Assembly (NCBI GenBank): GCA_963772725.1
Contig: CAVYYI010000003.1
Location: forward strand, 256,001-320,000
Direction: 5' to 3'
DNA length: 64,000 nt
Source: an uncultured Phycisphaerales bacterium
GTDB lineage: Bacteria; Planctomycetota; Phycisphaerae; Sedimentisphaerales; Anaerobacaceae
Made by a program: the position numbers and the translations under genes. A model generated the notes under the pieces. It saw nothing but the letters and a program-made list of their open reading frames with translations, searched no databases and was not told where the DNA came from. Positions 21,699 through 33,046 of the stretch are shown piece by piece. The stretch's first letter is position 1. Every line of letters begins with the position of its first letter.

Positions 21699-22669
21699 GG
21701 TTTAGGCAACTATCGAAAATTGTATTGGTCATATCAATTGTTCTATGTGTTGTTTTTTTATTCGTTTATGTCATTGAGCCGGATTTTTGCGCAGCTGTAA
21801 CTTTTTGGCCGGTTTATATATGGGCAATATTAGGAATATTTTTGTCTCTGGCAGCGATTGGTGTTGATAAAAAATGGCGTCTGATAGCCGCTATTTTTTG
21901 GATAATACTTGTTTGCTTTATCGCGGAAGAGCCGCTGAGCATTTTGAGAACCTGCATTTTTTCGGGGAAAAGTAAAGGTATTGATAAACGTAATTATCTG
22001 AGAATTACCTCACTTAATTGTGCAGGCGGCAATCCTGATGCAGCGGAAGAACTTTTTCAATATGCGCCGGATATAGTTCTCCTGCAGGAAAGCCCTGCAT
22101 CCAAAGACCTGGAAATTCTTGTTAAAAAACTTTTCCCCGATGGTGGAGAATTTGTCTTCGAAGGTGATACGGCCATACTCGCACGCGGACACGTAATAAA
22201 ATCCGCTGTTAATCGCGAAAATCGTTTGTTTATGACAGAGGCAACGGTTTCTTTGCCTTCTGGTCTTGCGATAGAAACACTCAGCGTTCACCTTACACCA
22301 CCTGCCACCGGCATAGATCTTTTTTCACTGGATTGCTGGCGTGAACACATTGAGGACAGGAAACATCGTATTAAACAAATCACCGTAATCAACGAGCAAC
22401 TTGAACCAATTGCTGATGATGTCTCCATAATAGTTGGCGGCGACTTTAACGCCAATCCCTGGCGAGGAGCAACAAAGATTCTCTCATCGCGACTTTACGA
22501 CACTTTCAAAAAAGGCGGCACTGGCTGGCCGGGAACAGGCCCATCGCATTTCCCATTATGGCGGGTTGACCAGATTTGGACGAGCAGACAATTCAAAACA
22601 GTCAATGTTCACAGTGAACACTGCAAAAATTCTGACCACCGCATTGTAATTTGCGATTTGGCACAATAG
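21662..22669 (+). CDS. Membrane-anchored endonuclease/exonuclease/phosphatase (EEP) protein
   Basis: Three TM segments, SLN, LLQE, VHL, GGDFNA, RVDQIW, SDH. Confidence 0.88.
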   Translation: MMKKLSDNIYNKRFRQLSKIVLVISIVLCVVFLFVYVIEPDFCAAVTFWPVYIWAILGIFLSLAAIGVDKKWRLIAAIFWIILVCFIAEEPLSILRTCIFSGKSKGIDKRNYLRITSLNCAGGNPDAAEELFQYAPDIVLLQESPASKDLEILVKKLFPDGGEFVFEGDTAILARGHVIKSAVNRENRLFMTEATVSLPSGLAIETLSVHLTPPATGIDLFSLDCWREHIEDRKHRIKQITVINEQLEPIADDVSIIVGGDFNANPWRGATKILSSRLYDTFKKGGTGWPGTGPSHFPLWRVDQIWTSRQFKTVNVHSEHCKNSDHRIVICDLAQ

Positions 22670-22677
22670 TTTGGATG

Positions 22678-22734
22678 AAAATGGTATAATCTGAAAAGCA
22701 ATGAAAAAGCTTTCTGACAATATTTATAATAAGC
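22678..22734 (+). repeat. Copy 2 of duplicated promoter plus N-terminus
   Basis: AAAATGGTATAATC (extended -10) and ATGAAAAAGCTTTCTGACAATATTTATAATAAGC. Confidence 0.9.
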
Positions 22735-23732
22735 AGGTTGGGCGGGATGAGCGGAAGTTTAAGGTTTGGACGTCGGCGGGGTTGATGCTGACTTATAAGT
22801 GCAACTGCCGGTGTGAATTCTGTTATTACAGGTGCGGGCCGGAAAAGGGCGGGGTGATGGCGGTTGATACGGCTATTAATGCGTGGCGGGGTTTGAAGAA
22901 TATCGCGGGCGATGAGGCTAAAATACATATCACGGGAGGCGAACCTTTTCTCTATTATGAACACCTTTTGGAAATTCTCAAGGCAGCGAAAAGGGAAAAT
23001 CTCGGCCTTATTGATTTAATCGAGACTAACGGTTTTTGGGCGGTTGATGATAAAATTATCGAGCGGCGATTAAAGGAGCTTGATGAGCTGGGGATGCAGC
23101 GGCTGAAAATAAGCTGCGACCCATTCCATCAGGAATATGTCGATATTGAGCTTGTACGCCGTTTGGCGGAGAGGGGCGCTTCGATACTGAGGCAAAATCG
23201 TGTAATAGTGCGGTGGGAAAAATATCTGGAGCAGAATGAAAAAATGAAATCGCTCAGTGAAGAGGAAAAATTTTCCCGATATATCTTGTCAGTGAAAGAT
23301 TACCCGTGCCGCTTCACAGGCCGCGCCGCTGGCAAACTCGCTGAACTTATAGCCGCGAAACCATTGGAATATTTTAAAGGCGTTAATTGCGGCTCATCAT
23401 TCCTGGCCGCCAAAGGCGTTCATATCGACCCGCTGGGTAACATTTTCAGCGGGACATGCAGCGGGATTATTGTGGGGAACGTAAACCAGACGCCGCTTGA
23501 TGCAGTCTGGCAGGATTTTCAGCCGATGAATAATAAGGTCATGGAGACTCTGTTTAATTTTGGCCCAGCTGGGTTAGCAGAATACGCAGTTAAGTTTGGT
23601 TATAAAGCCCAAAAGAGCTATGCGAGCAAGTGTCATCTCTGCACGAGTGTTCGCCAGTTCCTGTTTGAAAACAATTTTGACAGGACAGCTTTAGGTCCGG
23701 CGGAATGTTATATCGAATCCTCCCGGCACTAA
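22701..23732 (+). CDS. Radical SAM protein with SPASM/twitch-like C-terminus
   Basis: [21 protein letters not shown]-terminal C...C...CHLC. Confidence 0.88.
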   Translation: MKKLSDNIYNKQVGRDERKFKVWTSAGLMLTYKCNCRCEFCYYRCGPEKGGVMAVDTAINAWRGLKNIAGDEAKIHITGGEPFLYYEHLLEILKAAKRENLGLIDLIETNGFWAVDDKIIERRLKELDELGMQRLKISCDPFHQEYVDIELVRRLAERGASILRQNRVIVRWEKYLEQNEKMKSLSEEEKFSRYILSVKDYPCRFTGRAAGKLAELIAAKPLEYFKGVNCGSSFLAAKGVHIDPLGNIFSGTCSGIIVGNVNQTPLDAVWQDFQPMNNKVMETLFNFGPAGLAEYAVKFGYKAQKSYASKCHLCTSVRQFLFENNFDRTALGPAECYIESSRH

Positions 23733-23829
23733 ACCAAATTTTTCACCGCAGTTAGCCGGCCTGGGTTGATGTTTGTTAGGATTTGATTTGACTTATGCCT
23801 ACATTACTTAAATAATACCTTTTTTTAGC

Positions 23830-24798
23830 TTGGAAATTATTTTGAAAGGAAAAAAGGCAGTGAATAATAACATACTTGTAACAGGCGGCGCTGGATATAT
23901 AGGCTCAGTACTTGTGCCGGAACTTTTGAAAATCGGCCACAAAGTCACCGTGCTGGATAATTTTATGTTTGGCCAGAATTCCCTGCTCGAATGCTGCTGT
24001 GCCGACAATTTCAGGATTGTTCGCGGTGATGTACGCGATAAGGCTCTGGTCGCGGAACTGGTTAAGGGTAAAGAGGTTATAATTCCTCTGGCAGCTCTTG
24101 TCGGTGCACCGTTATGCGACCGTGACAGAATCGGCGCACAAACCATAAACAGTGATGCTATAAAAACTCTCACTGAATTACTGTCTAAGGAGCAGCGAAT
24201 TATTATTCCAATTACCAACAGCGGCTATGGAATCGGGCAGAAAGGGATATTCTGTACCGAAGAGACGCCGCTTAATCCTATTTCACTCTATGGCAAAGTA
24301 AAGATGGAGGCGGAAAAGGCTGTGCTTGACAGGGGAAATGCCGTTAGCCTCCGCCTTGCCACTGTTTTCGGCGCAAGCCCCCGAATGCGTCTCAACCTGC
24401 TCGTCAATGATTTTACCTATCGCGCCGTCAAAGACCGTTTTGTCGTAGTCTTCGAGGGACATTTCAAAAGAAATTACCTGCATATCCGTGATGTCGCCAG
24501 AGCTTTTATTCACGTTATGGACAACTTCGAAAAAATGAAAAATCAGCCTTATAACGTAGGACTTTCTGACGCAAATCTTTCAAAGCTTGAGCTTTGTGAA
24601 AAAATCAATCAGCAGTTGCCGAAGTTTGTGTATCTTGAGGCATTGGTGGGCGAAGACCCAGACAAGAGAGACTATATTGTTTCAAACGAAAAAATAGAAA
24701 AAACCGGCTTTAAGCCGAAATTCTCCATCGAAATGGGCATCCGTGAATTGATAAAGGCCTATACAATTATTAACAACAGCAAATACAGCAATGTATAA
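23830..24798 (+). CDS. NAD-dependent SDR, Cj1427/WcaG-like GDP-heptose 4-dehydrogenase
   Basis: [56 protein letters not shown] match my recollection of C. jejuni Cj1427. Confidence 0.8.
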   Translation: MEIILKGKKAVNNNILVTGGAGYIGSVLVPELLKIGHKVTVLDNFMFGQNSLLECCCADNFRIVRGDVRDKALVAELVKGKEVIIPLAALVGAPLCDRDRIGAQTINSDAIKTLTELLSKEQRIIIPITNSGYGIGQKGIFCTEETPLNPISLYGKVKMEAEKAVLDRGNAVSLRLATVFGASPRMRLNLLVNDFTYRAVKDRFVVVFEGHFKRNYLHIRDVARAFIHVMDNFEKMKNQPYNVGLSDANLSKLELCEKINQQLPKFVYLEALVGEDPDKRDYIVSNEKIEKTGFKPKFSIEMGIRELIKAYTIINNSKYSNV

Positions 24799-25732
24799 AG
24801 ATTCGAAAATTTATGTTGCCGGCCACAGCGGTCTTTTAGGTTCCGCTTTAATTGTGAAATTAGCGGAATACGGGTACTCCAACGTAATTACGAGAACGCA
24901 CGATGCCCTTGAACTGACAGACAAAAAAGCTGTTTTTGATTTTTTTTCAGCGGAAAAACCGGATTATGTTTTTCTCGCCGCCGGCAAAGTCGGCGGAATT
25001 GTAAGTAATAAGACCGCGCCAGCCGATTATCTTCACGAAAATATCGCTATTCAGGATACTTTTTTTGAAGCTGCTCAGAGATTCGATGTCAAGCACATTG
25101 TTTTTTACGGTTCATCATGCAGTTACCCCAAAAATTGTCCTCAGCCTATAAAGGAAGAATACTTTCTTACGGGGCCAATTGAGCAGACAAGTCAGGCTTA
25201 CGCGGCGGCCAAAATAGCCGGGATTATTGCATGCCAGGCATATAATCAGCAGTATGGCACAAATAGGTTTATTTCACTGATTCCCAATTCTATTTATGGT
25301 CCCAACGACAATTTTGACCTCCAAAACTCACATGTGCTTTCCGCTCTAATCAGGAAATTTCATGAGGCAAAAATCAGCAATGCTTCAAATGTAACTTTAT
25401 GGGGCAGCGGAAAACCGAGAAGGGAATTTATTTTCTCTGAAGATGTTGCAGAGGCATCCATATTCGCTATTATTAATAGCGGTAAACTTTTGAATACTCA
25501 TTACAATGCAGGTACCGGCACAGATTGCTCTATCAAAGAACTTGCGAAAATAATCGCGGGTATTGTCGGCTACAATGGCGATATAAAATGGGACACCAGT
25601 AAGCCTGACGGAACAGCCAGAAAGCTGCTGGACAGTTCAAAATTTCTGTCTCTCGGCTGGAAACCTGTCGTGGGGCTAAAAGAGGGTTTGAAAATAACTT
25701 ATCAGTGGTATCTCAAAAAATTTAATAACTGA
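24791..25732 (+). CDS. fcl: GDP-L-fucose synthase family epimerase/4-reductase
   Basis: AGKVGGI, GSSCSYP, YAAAK, YGPNDNF, SHV, WGSG.P.REF, KPDGT. Confidence 0.9.
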   Translation: MYKDSKIYVAGHSGLLGSALIVKLAEYGYSNVITRTHDALELTDKKAVFDFFSAEKPDYVFLAAGKVGGIVSNKTAPADYLHENIAIQDTFFEAAQRFDVKHIVFYGSSCSYPKNCPQPIKEEYFLTGPIEQTSQAYAAAKIAGIIACQAYNQQYGTNRFISLIPNSIYGPNDNFDLQNSHVLSALIRKFHEAKISNASNVTLWGSGKPRREFIFSEDVAEASIFAIINSGKLLNTHYNAGTGTDCSIKELAKIIAGIVGYNGDIKWDTSKPDGTARKLLDSSKFLSLGWKPVVGLKEGLKITYQWYLKKFNN

Positions 25733-25747
25733 CAGATAGTTTGCTTT

Positions 25748-26470
25748 ATGCATAAAATTTCCGATATTACTGCTGTTATTCTGGCCGGCGGCAAAGGCAC
25801 TCGCCTTCGTTCGGTGGTTTCAGACAAACCCAAAGTTATGGCGGAAATATCCGGCAAACCTTTTCTGGCCTATCTTCTTGACCAATTGCAGTCCGCTGGA
25901 CTGCGAAAAGTCATTTTATGCACGGGTTATATGGCCGAAAAAATTGAAAACCACTTCGGGGATTCTTACGGCTCTCTAAAGCTTGTTTATTCAAAGGAAG
26001 AGCAGCCTCTCGGAACGGGAGGGGCTGTGAGATTTGCTTTACCTTTGCTTTCCGAGACGGTTATGGTGATGAATGGCGACTCGTACATAGATGCGAACCT
26101 TTCCGAATACGCAAAATGGTTTTTAGATAAGGATTCCGATGCCGCATTACTTTTGGCAAGTGTAACTGATATAAGCCGTTATGGAAAAGTTTGCATAAAT
26201 AATGATAATACTATTGCGTCATTTGAGGAAAAATGTAATAATACCAGCCAAGGCTGGATAAACGCTGGGGTATATCTGATGAAGAAATTTTTGATTTCTT
26301 CGATACCGGCGGGGAAATTTTATTCGCTGGAACAAGATTTGTTCCCTGATTTGGCGGGAAAAAAACTTTTTGGATTTTGTTGCGGCGGTCGATTTATAGA
26401 TATCGGGACTCCGCAGTCTTACGGCGAAGCAGAAGAGTTTTTTGCGAATGTTAATGTAAGGATGCATTAA
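25748..26470 (+). CDS. hddC: Heptose-1-phosphate guanylyltransferase-like nucleotidyltransferase
   Basis: LAGGKGTRL, PLGTGG, NGDS, INAGVY, FIDIGTP; next to hddA. Confidence 0.8.
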   Translation: MHKISDITAVILAGGKGTRLRSVVSDKPKVMAEISGKPFLAYLLDQLQSAGLRKVILCTGYMAEKIENHFGDSYGSLKLVYSKEEQPLGTGGAVRFALPLLSETVMVMNGDSYIDANLSEYAKWFLDKDSDAALLLASVTDISRYGKVCINNDNTIASFEEKCNNTSQGWINAGVYLMKKFLISSIPAGKFYSLEQDLFPDLAGKKLFGFCCGGRFIDIGTPQSYGEAEEFFANVNVRMH

Positions 26471-26472
26471 AA

Positions 26473-27603
26473 ATGATTATAAACAGAACACCTTTCAGAT
26501 TATCTTTTTTCGGCGGGGGTACGGACTATCCTTCCTGGTATCTTAAATATGGCGGCTGTGTGGTAAGCGCTTCAATTGATAAATACTGCTATATAAGCTG
26601 CAGAGCACTGCCTCCTTTTTTCGAGCATAAAATCAGAATCGTCTATTCAAAAATGGAGACCTGCCATAATGTCGATGAAATCCAGCATCCCGCTGTCAGG
26701 GAGACCCTTAGATTTATGAAGATTGAAGAGGGTCTTGAAATTCATCATGACGGTGATTTGCCCGCAAGAAGCGGTATGGGGTCGAGCTCTTCGTTCACAG
26801 TCGGTCTTTTGCACACTCTTTATGCTCACAAGGGAATTATGCCGAGCAAGAAGCGGCTCGCAACCGAAAGTATTCACATAGAACAGAATATGATTAAAGA
26901 AACGGTTGGTTCGCAGGACCAGGTATGTGCTGCTTATGGCGGATTGAATAGAATTAATTTTGCCGCAAACGGAGAAATCTCTGTTCAGCCGATTATTATG
27001 CCTGTCGAACGAATGCTGGAGCTTAATTCGCATTTAATGCTCTTCTTTACAGGCATAAATCGCACCGCCTCCGAGGTGGCCAAAGGTTATGTGGATAATA
27101 TCGCAGATAAATCCAAACAGCTGCGAAATATGCAGGGAATGGTTGATGAAAGTATTAATATTCTTAAAAGCGACGCTCCGATTTGCGAATTCGGGGAACT
27201 GCTGCATGAAACATGGATGCTTAAAAAAAGCCTCAGTTCTGAAGTCTCAAACAGTCACGTTGACGAACTTTATGATAATGCGAGAAAAGCCGGCGCGATA
27301 GGCGGTAAGATTACCGGGGCGGGCGGAGGGGGCTTCCTTTTGCTTTTCGTACCGCCGTCTTTTCAGAAAAAAGTCAGAGAGTCGCTTTGCAGTCAGCTTT
27401 ATGTGCCATTTCGTTTTGAATCCAGCGGCAGCCAGATAATTTTTTATGAGCCGGAGCGCGAGGATTACAGCGAAATCTTAAAAGACAGAGCTGCCAGAAC
27501 CATACATTCGTTTAGGGAACTGGATTCTGTTAAAAAGCTGAATAAGAAAGCTGGTATGCCTTTTGCGGACAAATATAAAGAGAATGTGGAATCTGCTCTA
27601 TGA
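26473..27603 (+). CDS. hddA: GHMP kinase, heptose-7-phosphate kinase-like
   Basis: TPFRLSFFGGGTD, PARSGMGSSS, GSQDQ, GAGGGGF. Confidence 0.85.
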   Translation: MIINRTPFRLSFFGGGTDYPSWYLKYGGCVVSASIDKYCYISCRALPPFFEHKIRIVYSKMETCHNVDEIQHPAVRETLRFMKIEEGLEIHHDGDLPARSGMGSSSSFTVGLLHTLYAHKGIMPSKKRLATESIHIEQNMIKETVGSQDQVCAAYGGLNRINFAANGEISVQPIIMPVERMLELNSHLMLFFTGINRTASEVAKGYVDNIADKSKQLRNMQGMVDESINILKSDAPICEFGELLHETWMLKKSLSSEVSNSHVDELYDNARKAGAIGGKITGAGGGGFLLLFVPPSFQKKVRESLCSQLYVPFRFESSGSQIIFYEPEREDYSEILKDRAARTIHSFRELDSVKKLNKKAGMPFADKYKENVESAL

Positions 27604-28415
27604 CGTCTTTGGAAAAGCTCAAGCAAAAGGTTAAATGGGTCAAAAGAGAAACTTTGAAACTGCACAAGCTGGCGCCTGAAACGCGGCTTGCTTCTTCATT
27701 ATCCGACATAGAAATATTTGTGGCGTTGTACTATGGCAGTATTTTATCCTTCGATTCCAGCAATGCCGGTTCAGAAAAGAGGGACCGCTTAATTGTCAGC
27801 AAGGGACACGGTGCCGTTTGTTTATATCCCATCCTTGCCGATTTGAATTTCTTCAGCAGGGACGAACTCCAGAAAATCGGCTCGAAGGACTCATTTTTAT
27901 GTGTGATACCGGATACGGGCGTGCCCGGTTTTGAAACCATAAATGGTTCTCTTGGCCTGGGACTCGGTGTTGCCTGCGGTATGGCGATTGCCCTGAAGAG
28001 AAAAAAATCGGATAGAAAAGTCTTTATTCTATGCGGTGACGGCGAACTGAATTGCGGTGTGCTATGGGAGGCTGTGATGTTCGCGGCCTTTCATAAGCTG
28101 AATAATCTTATTCTGATAATCGACAATAACAAATTGTCAATGCTTGGTTTTCAGAAAGATATTCTCGGCCTGGAGCCTCTCGATAAAAAGTTCAGGGCTT
28201 TCGGCTGGAAAACCAGGAGCGTCGATGGTCATAATATCGGAAAGCTGCTTACCGCGTTAAACGCCCTGAAAAATGATAAAAGTGATATGCCCGGAGTCCT
28301 GATAGCAGATACTCGCAAAGGAAACGGAATTCCGCAGTTGGAAAATGACCCTCTTTGTCATATCAAATCCTTAAAACCCCAAGAGGTGGATAAAATACTC
28401 GAGAGCTGGAAATGA
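27600..28415 (+). CDS. Transketolase, N-terminal (TPP-binding) subunit
   Basis: DRLIVSKGH, GSLGLGL, GDGE...N, VDGHN. Confidence 0.88.
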   Translation: MTSLEKLKQKVKWVKRETLKLHKLAPETRLASSLSDIEIFVALYYGSILSFDSSNAGSEKRDRLIVSKGHGAVCLYPILADLNFFSRDELQKIGSKDSFLCVIPDTGVPGFETINGSLGLGLGVACGMAIALKRKKSDRKVFILCGDGELNCGVLWEAVMFAAFHKLNNLILIIDNNKLSMLGFQKDILGLEPLDKKFRAFGWKTRSVDGHNIGKLLTALNALKNDKSDMPGVLIADTRKGNGIPQLENDPLCHIKSLKPQEVDKILESWK

Positions 28416-29356
28416 ATAAAACGGATTCTAAAACAATGAGAGATGCCCTCATAGAGCAGGTTTATAATGCGATGGGCAGCAACAACAGGATTTTTTTCCT
28501 TTCCGCCGACATGGTGCTCCTGCGTTTGATAAACTCCGGCGGGACTTTGGTGACAGATTTATAAATACGGGTATCGCTGAACAGAACCTTATAAATGTCG
28601 CTACCGGCCTTGCGCTGGAGGGCTTCACTGTATATGCCTACGCGATAGCCTGTTTTTTAACAATGTGCGCTTATGAGCAGATACGAATCAACTTGTGCTG
28701 TCATCTCAATACAGGAATATCAATGTAAATCTAATAGGTGTCGGCGGGGGTGTGAGTTATGATATGGCAGGGCCGAGTCATCACTGCCTCGAAGATCTTT
28801 CCATAATCAGGACGCTGCCGAATATTATGCTGTGGCTCCTGCCGACTCGATTACGGCGGAAAAATTCGTTGAATTTTCGGTTCGCACGGAAAAGCCAAAA
28901 TATATCAGGCTTGACGGAAAGGCTTTGCCCCAGATATACGGCAGGGAAACCGATTTTGACTGGCAAAAGGGTTTTTGGCAATTGGCCGACGGAGATGATA
29001 TTTGTCTTGTCTCTACCGGCAGCATGACTCATAAAGCGTTGAAAGTTTCGCAGGAGGTTCGCAAAACAAATAAAAATATCGGTGTAATCGATGTTTTTAT
29101 GCTCAAGCCTGTCGATGAAAATCTTCTTTTTGACGCTCTCAGGAAATATAAAACCGTTATTACGCTCGAGGAGGCCTTCATAAATAAAGGTGGACTTGAC
29201 TGCCTCGTATCCAATATAATCACAAAAAGAAACGCTGATATACGTCTGAAGAGATTCGGCTTTGAAGATAATTACGTTTTCAAATCAGGCGGCAGGGAGT
29301 TCTTGGCTGAGACAAACAATTTTGGTGAAAAGGACATCATAAACGCGGTTATATAG
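28412..29356 (+). CDS. Transketolase, C-terminal subunit (frameshifted)
   Basis: GIAEQNL, AYEQIR, GPSHHCLED, APAD, YIRL, LKPVD, TLEE across three frames. Confidence 0.85.
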
Positions 29357-29397
29357 CAATATAAAGCAAGGCAGATACCTTGGCAAGGAAGCTCAAA

Positions 29398-30102
29398 ATG
29401 AAAGTGACTTTAATTATACCAACTCTGAATGAAATTGACGGCATGAAAGCCGTAATGCCTAAAATAAAAAAAGAATGGTACGACCAGTTGATTATTCTTG
29501 ACGGCGGTTCGACGGACGGAACTATTGAATACGCCATGCAGCAGGGATATTTTGTATATGTTCAGAAAAAACGCGGCTTTCGAAACGCGTACAATGAGGT
29601 TTTGCCTTATATTGAAGGAGATGTTGTAATTACGTTCAGTCCCGATGGCAACAGCGTTGCCGAACTGATACCTGAACTGGCAGCAAAAATGAAAGATGGT
29701 TATGATATGGTTATAGCTTCTCGTTATTTGGGCAATGCTAAAAGTCATGATGACGACTTTATAACTTCATTTGGAAATTGGCTTTTTACAAAGACGGTCA
29801 ACATTCTGCACCACGCGAATTATACGGATGCTATGGTAATATTCCGAGCGTATAAGACCGACTTGATTTATGATTTGGAACTGCAAAAGGACGAAGGGTA
29901 CAGGATGGCGGAGAAACTGTTCAATACGCACATCAGTTGGGAGCCTTTGCTTTCAGTAAGGGCGGCTAAAAGGAAATTTAACGTGACCGAAATTCCCGGC
30001 GATGAACCTGAAAGGATAGGCGGCGAGCGAAAACTGAGAATCTTCAAATGGGGCGCAGCTTATTATTTTCAGTTTATTAGAGAGAAGTTTTGCTGGCGGT
30101 AA
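29398..30102 (+). CDS. GT2 glycosyltransferase, polyprenol-phosphate sugar synthase-like
   Basis: IIPTLNE, DGGSTDGT, SPDG, MVIASR. Confidence 0.88.
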   Translation: MKVTLIIPTLNEIDGMKAVMPKIKKEWYDQLIILDGGSTDGTIEYAMQQGYFVYVQKKRGFRNAYNEVLPYIEGDVVITFSPDGNSVAELIPELAAKMKDGYDMVIASRYLGNAKSHDDDFITSFGNWLFTKTVNILHHANYTDAMVIFRAYKTDLIYDLELQKDEGYRMAEKLFNTHISWEPLLSVRAAKRKFNVTEIPGDEPERIGGERKLRIFKWGAAYYFQFIREKFCWR

Positions 30103-30163
30103 GCGCCATAGCAATTATAACCATTAAACGTGTTACAGAAATAGGAATCAAATTGACCAACTG

Positions 30164-33033
30164 ATGAAGAAGAACATTCTATTTATATCAGTAATAGTTT
30201 TGGCAGGGATTAGCTTACTTTACTTACTCCAGCAGTTAGTCGCCAGCGGTTCGCATAATACCTTCAAAACAATTAAGCGTGAAGTCTATCCTCACAGCAA
30301 TATAATTACGACAAATTTTGAGCTTTCTAAAGATACCTATTTTCTTAAAATAAAACACTCTGATATACAAAATCAACAACATGAGATTTTCTTCAATGGA
30401 AAATTAATTATTCCACAATTCCCGCTTCGAGTAAAAAACGGTAATTGTGAAAATTGTATATATATTCCAAGCGAATCAGTAAAACAAGGAACCAACACAT
30501 TAACTATAAGTTACAAGGGCGTTCTTCCTTCGAGTGCGGCTATTAAACTTACAAATTACAGAAAGGATTTGGGAAAGGTCTATATTTTTTTTGCTGATTC
30601 GCCCCTTCTTCGTGCTGACTTAGGGCACAAGGTGGTAGATTACATAAATATTCTAATTTTTTTCATAGCCTCCGTTGCTTTTATTAAAATGAGCCCCTTT
30701 GGAAAAAAAATGAAGTATTTACTCCTGCTGGTTTGGTTTGGATTACTCCTATGTGCAATTATGATTTTGTCGCTGCCATATTTTGGCTACAAACTTGCGA
30801 TAACGCCCATATTTTTCTGGAATATTGTGGTTAGCTTACTGATTGTTTTATTTATCTTGGCGGTGTACTCAACAAAAAATAACCGGCAGAGGGTATTGAT
30901 ACTGTCTCAGGCCGCATTTGAGGAAAGAGGCTTTAGTGTTCCAGCAGGAGCAGGAATTTTGCTGGTGATTGCCGCAATTAATCTTTGGGTTTACTGGCCG
31001 AGTTTTTCGCATATATTTCGTCACGATGAATGGGGATTGTTTTTTTCCTCGAGAAACTATCCGCCTGATTTTCAGTTTGTGATTAAACATCTTGACTGGC
31101 AACTGCAGTTGCCTTATGACCGTCTTGTATTTCGCCCAATTCACCATGGCTTGTTGGCTGTAAATCGTGTTGTTTTTGATACCAATTATATTGGACCACA
31201 CATTGTAACTTTCATCATACATATTGTAGCTTCGGGTTGTCTGTTATGGCTTTTGTGCCAATTTGGTTTCAGACTCATCGCCGGAATCTTTGTCCTATTG
31301 TTTTCGGTCCTCATGACAAGTATTGACCCTGTGGTGTTGCCTCATTTTCATGCATATATTCTGGCGACAATATTAATGCTTTTATCGATTATAATATTTA
31401 CTAAAACGTTGCGTGACCAGATATCACCATTAAAGGGCTTTGGATTGGTAAGTTTACTTATTTTTTTGAATATGCTCACCACTGAAATTGCCTTTCTAAT
31501 GCCGTTTTGTTTCTTTGCTTCATATTGGTTGTTCTATAGGAATAGTGAAGAAGCGAGCATGAAACAAAAGAGTAAAGCAATCTGGCTAGTCCTTCTGGCA
31601 CCGATGATTTTATGGTCTATCCTCTTTTCAATGCATATTTATTTTGCTTACCCCGATCTTAAAATGACCTACCAATCAACCATGATACCTTTATGGAAAG
31701 CTTTAATTAATATTGCGCAGCACTTTTGATACTGGTTTCTGGTATATTTTTGCCTTTTACTGCCCACACTTCCTTTGGCGACAAAATATATTTTAAAGTT
31801 ACCCCCATCGCTTTTGCACTATTAGGCGCGATAATATTTGTTGTCTTAAAACAAAAATTATTTAACAGAATACATCGAGAATTTATACTGGCTACGGCTT
31901 TGTTTTTCTCGATTTTAGTAATTTTTTGTTTAGCCAGGGCTTCGTACACAAATAGTCTTCTCCATCAATATAGTATGCCTACTTCTTATTGCTACCCGCT
32001 TGGCGCTTTGGCCATTTTCATGCTTTATATTTCGATCAATTTTATTAAGATTGCTCGAAATAGGAAAATAGCCTTTAGCACGCTATTGGTGACGATTATT
32101 CTGGTAGCAATACATAGCTCCAAGACGTATCAATCAGCGACAGAAATCAAAAAACAGACCGCAGGATTAAAGAATTATTTCGATTTGGTAAGTGCTTTTG
32201 CAGAAGTTCATAAAAATGAAAAAGGGTTCTCTTTCAAATTAATTGACCGCCCCCCTGATGTTGCCATATTCAATTGGTATCATGAAACTTGTATCGATGG
32301 TTTATTTAACAGGTTCATAGATAATAAGAATCCTAAATATTTACTCGAATATGATTACTCCGTTGGTAAATTAAAAACTTCGCATTATGACAATAAAGTT
32401 TTAGCAGTCAAGGATGATGAGGGGGAAGGACGCACTGAGAAACCGGATTTTGTTAATTCGACTGGAATGGCCTTCAAGAAGGCTGCTATAGGAAATCGAG
32501 AATTATTCGTAGGCATGTTTGAAGTTACACAAAAACAATGGTGTCAAATAATGGACTTTAACCCAAGTAGGTTCATAAGTAATAATCGCCCTGTAGAAAA
32601 TGTTTCTTATTATATGGTTAAAGACTTCATCGAACATTTGAATAAAATTGAAGGCGGGAACCTTTATAGATTGCCAACCGAATGGGAATATTCATTCTTG
32701 ACGGGGTCGGCCTTATTTTATATAGGTTATAACTCCGAATATTTTTACGAATATGCCTGGCTTAAAAATAATGCATCGAGCAGTACTCATCCCGTTGGTG
32801 TGCTTAAAAGCGCCTCAGATGGAATCTATGATTTATTAGGAAATGTTTGGGAATGGACGGCAAATCCTATATATTATAATCAGGCCGTTAAACCTTTTAC
32901 GGATAGCCCTATAATTTGTTTTGGCGGAAGCTGGCGGGATAAAATAAAAAGTGTCGAAGACCTCAAAACCAATTATCCGCCTGATTTCAGGCATGAAAAT
33001 CTTGGGTTTCGGCTGGTAAGAAAGATTAAATGA
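30164..33033 (+). CDS. Multi-pass membrane protein (GT-C-like) fused to a C-terminal FGE-sulfatase fold (frameshift near 31725)
   Basis: Over 12 hydrophobic segments, F.HDE and FRP loop motifs; FEVTQKQW, RPVENVS, RLPTEWE, YDLLGNVWEW, GGSW, LGFRL. Confidence 0.7.
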
Positions 33034-33046
33034 TTTTTAGGAAGGA

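Noticed and set aside
31055..32990. NYPPDF / TATCCGCCTGATTT occurring twice in the GT-C/FGE gene
   Set aside because: Only 14 nt with no extended similarity; probably chance
32440..33033. DGR target (C-terminal FGE/CLec fold)
   Set aside because: No template repeat or reverse transcriptase in the window; a remote DGR cannot be excluded
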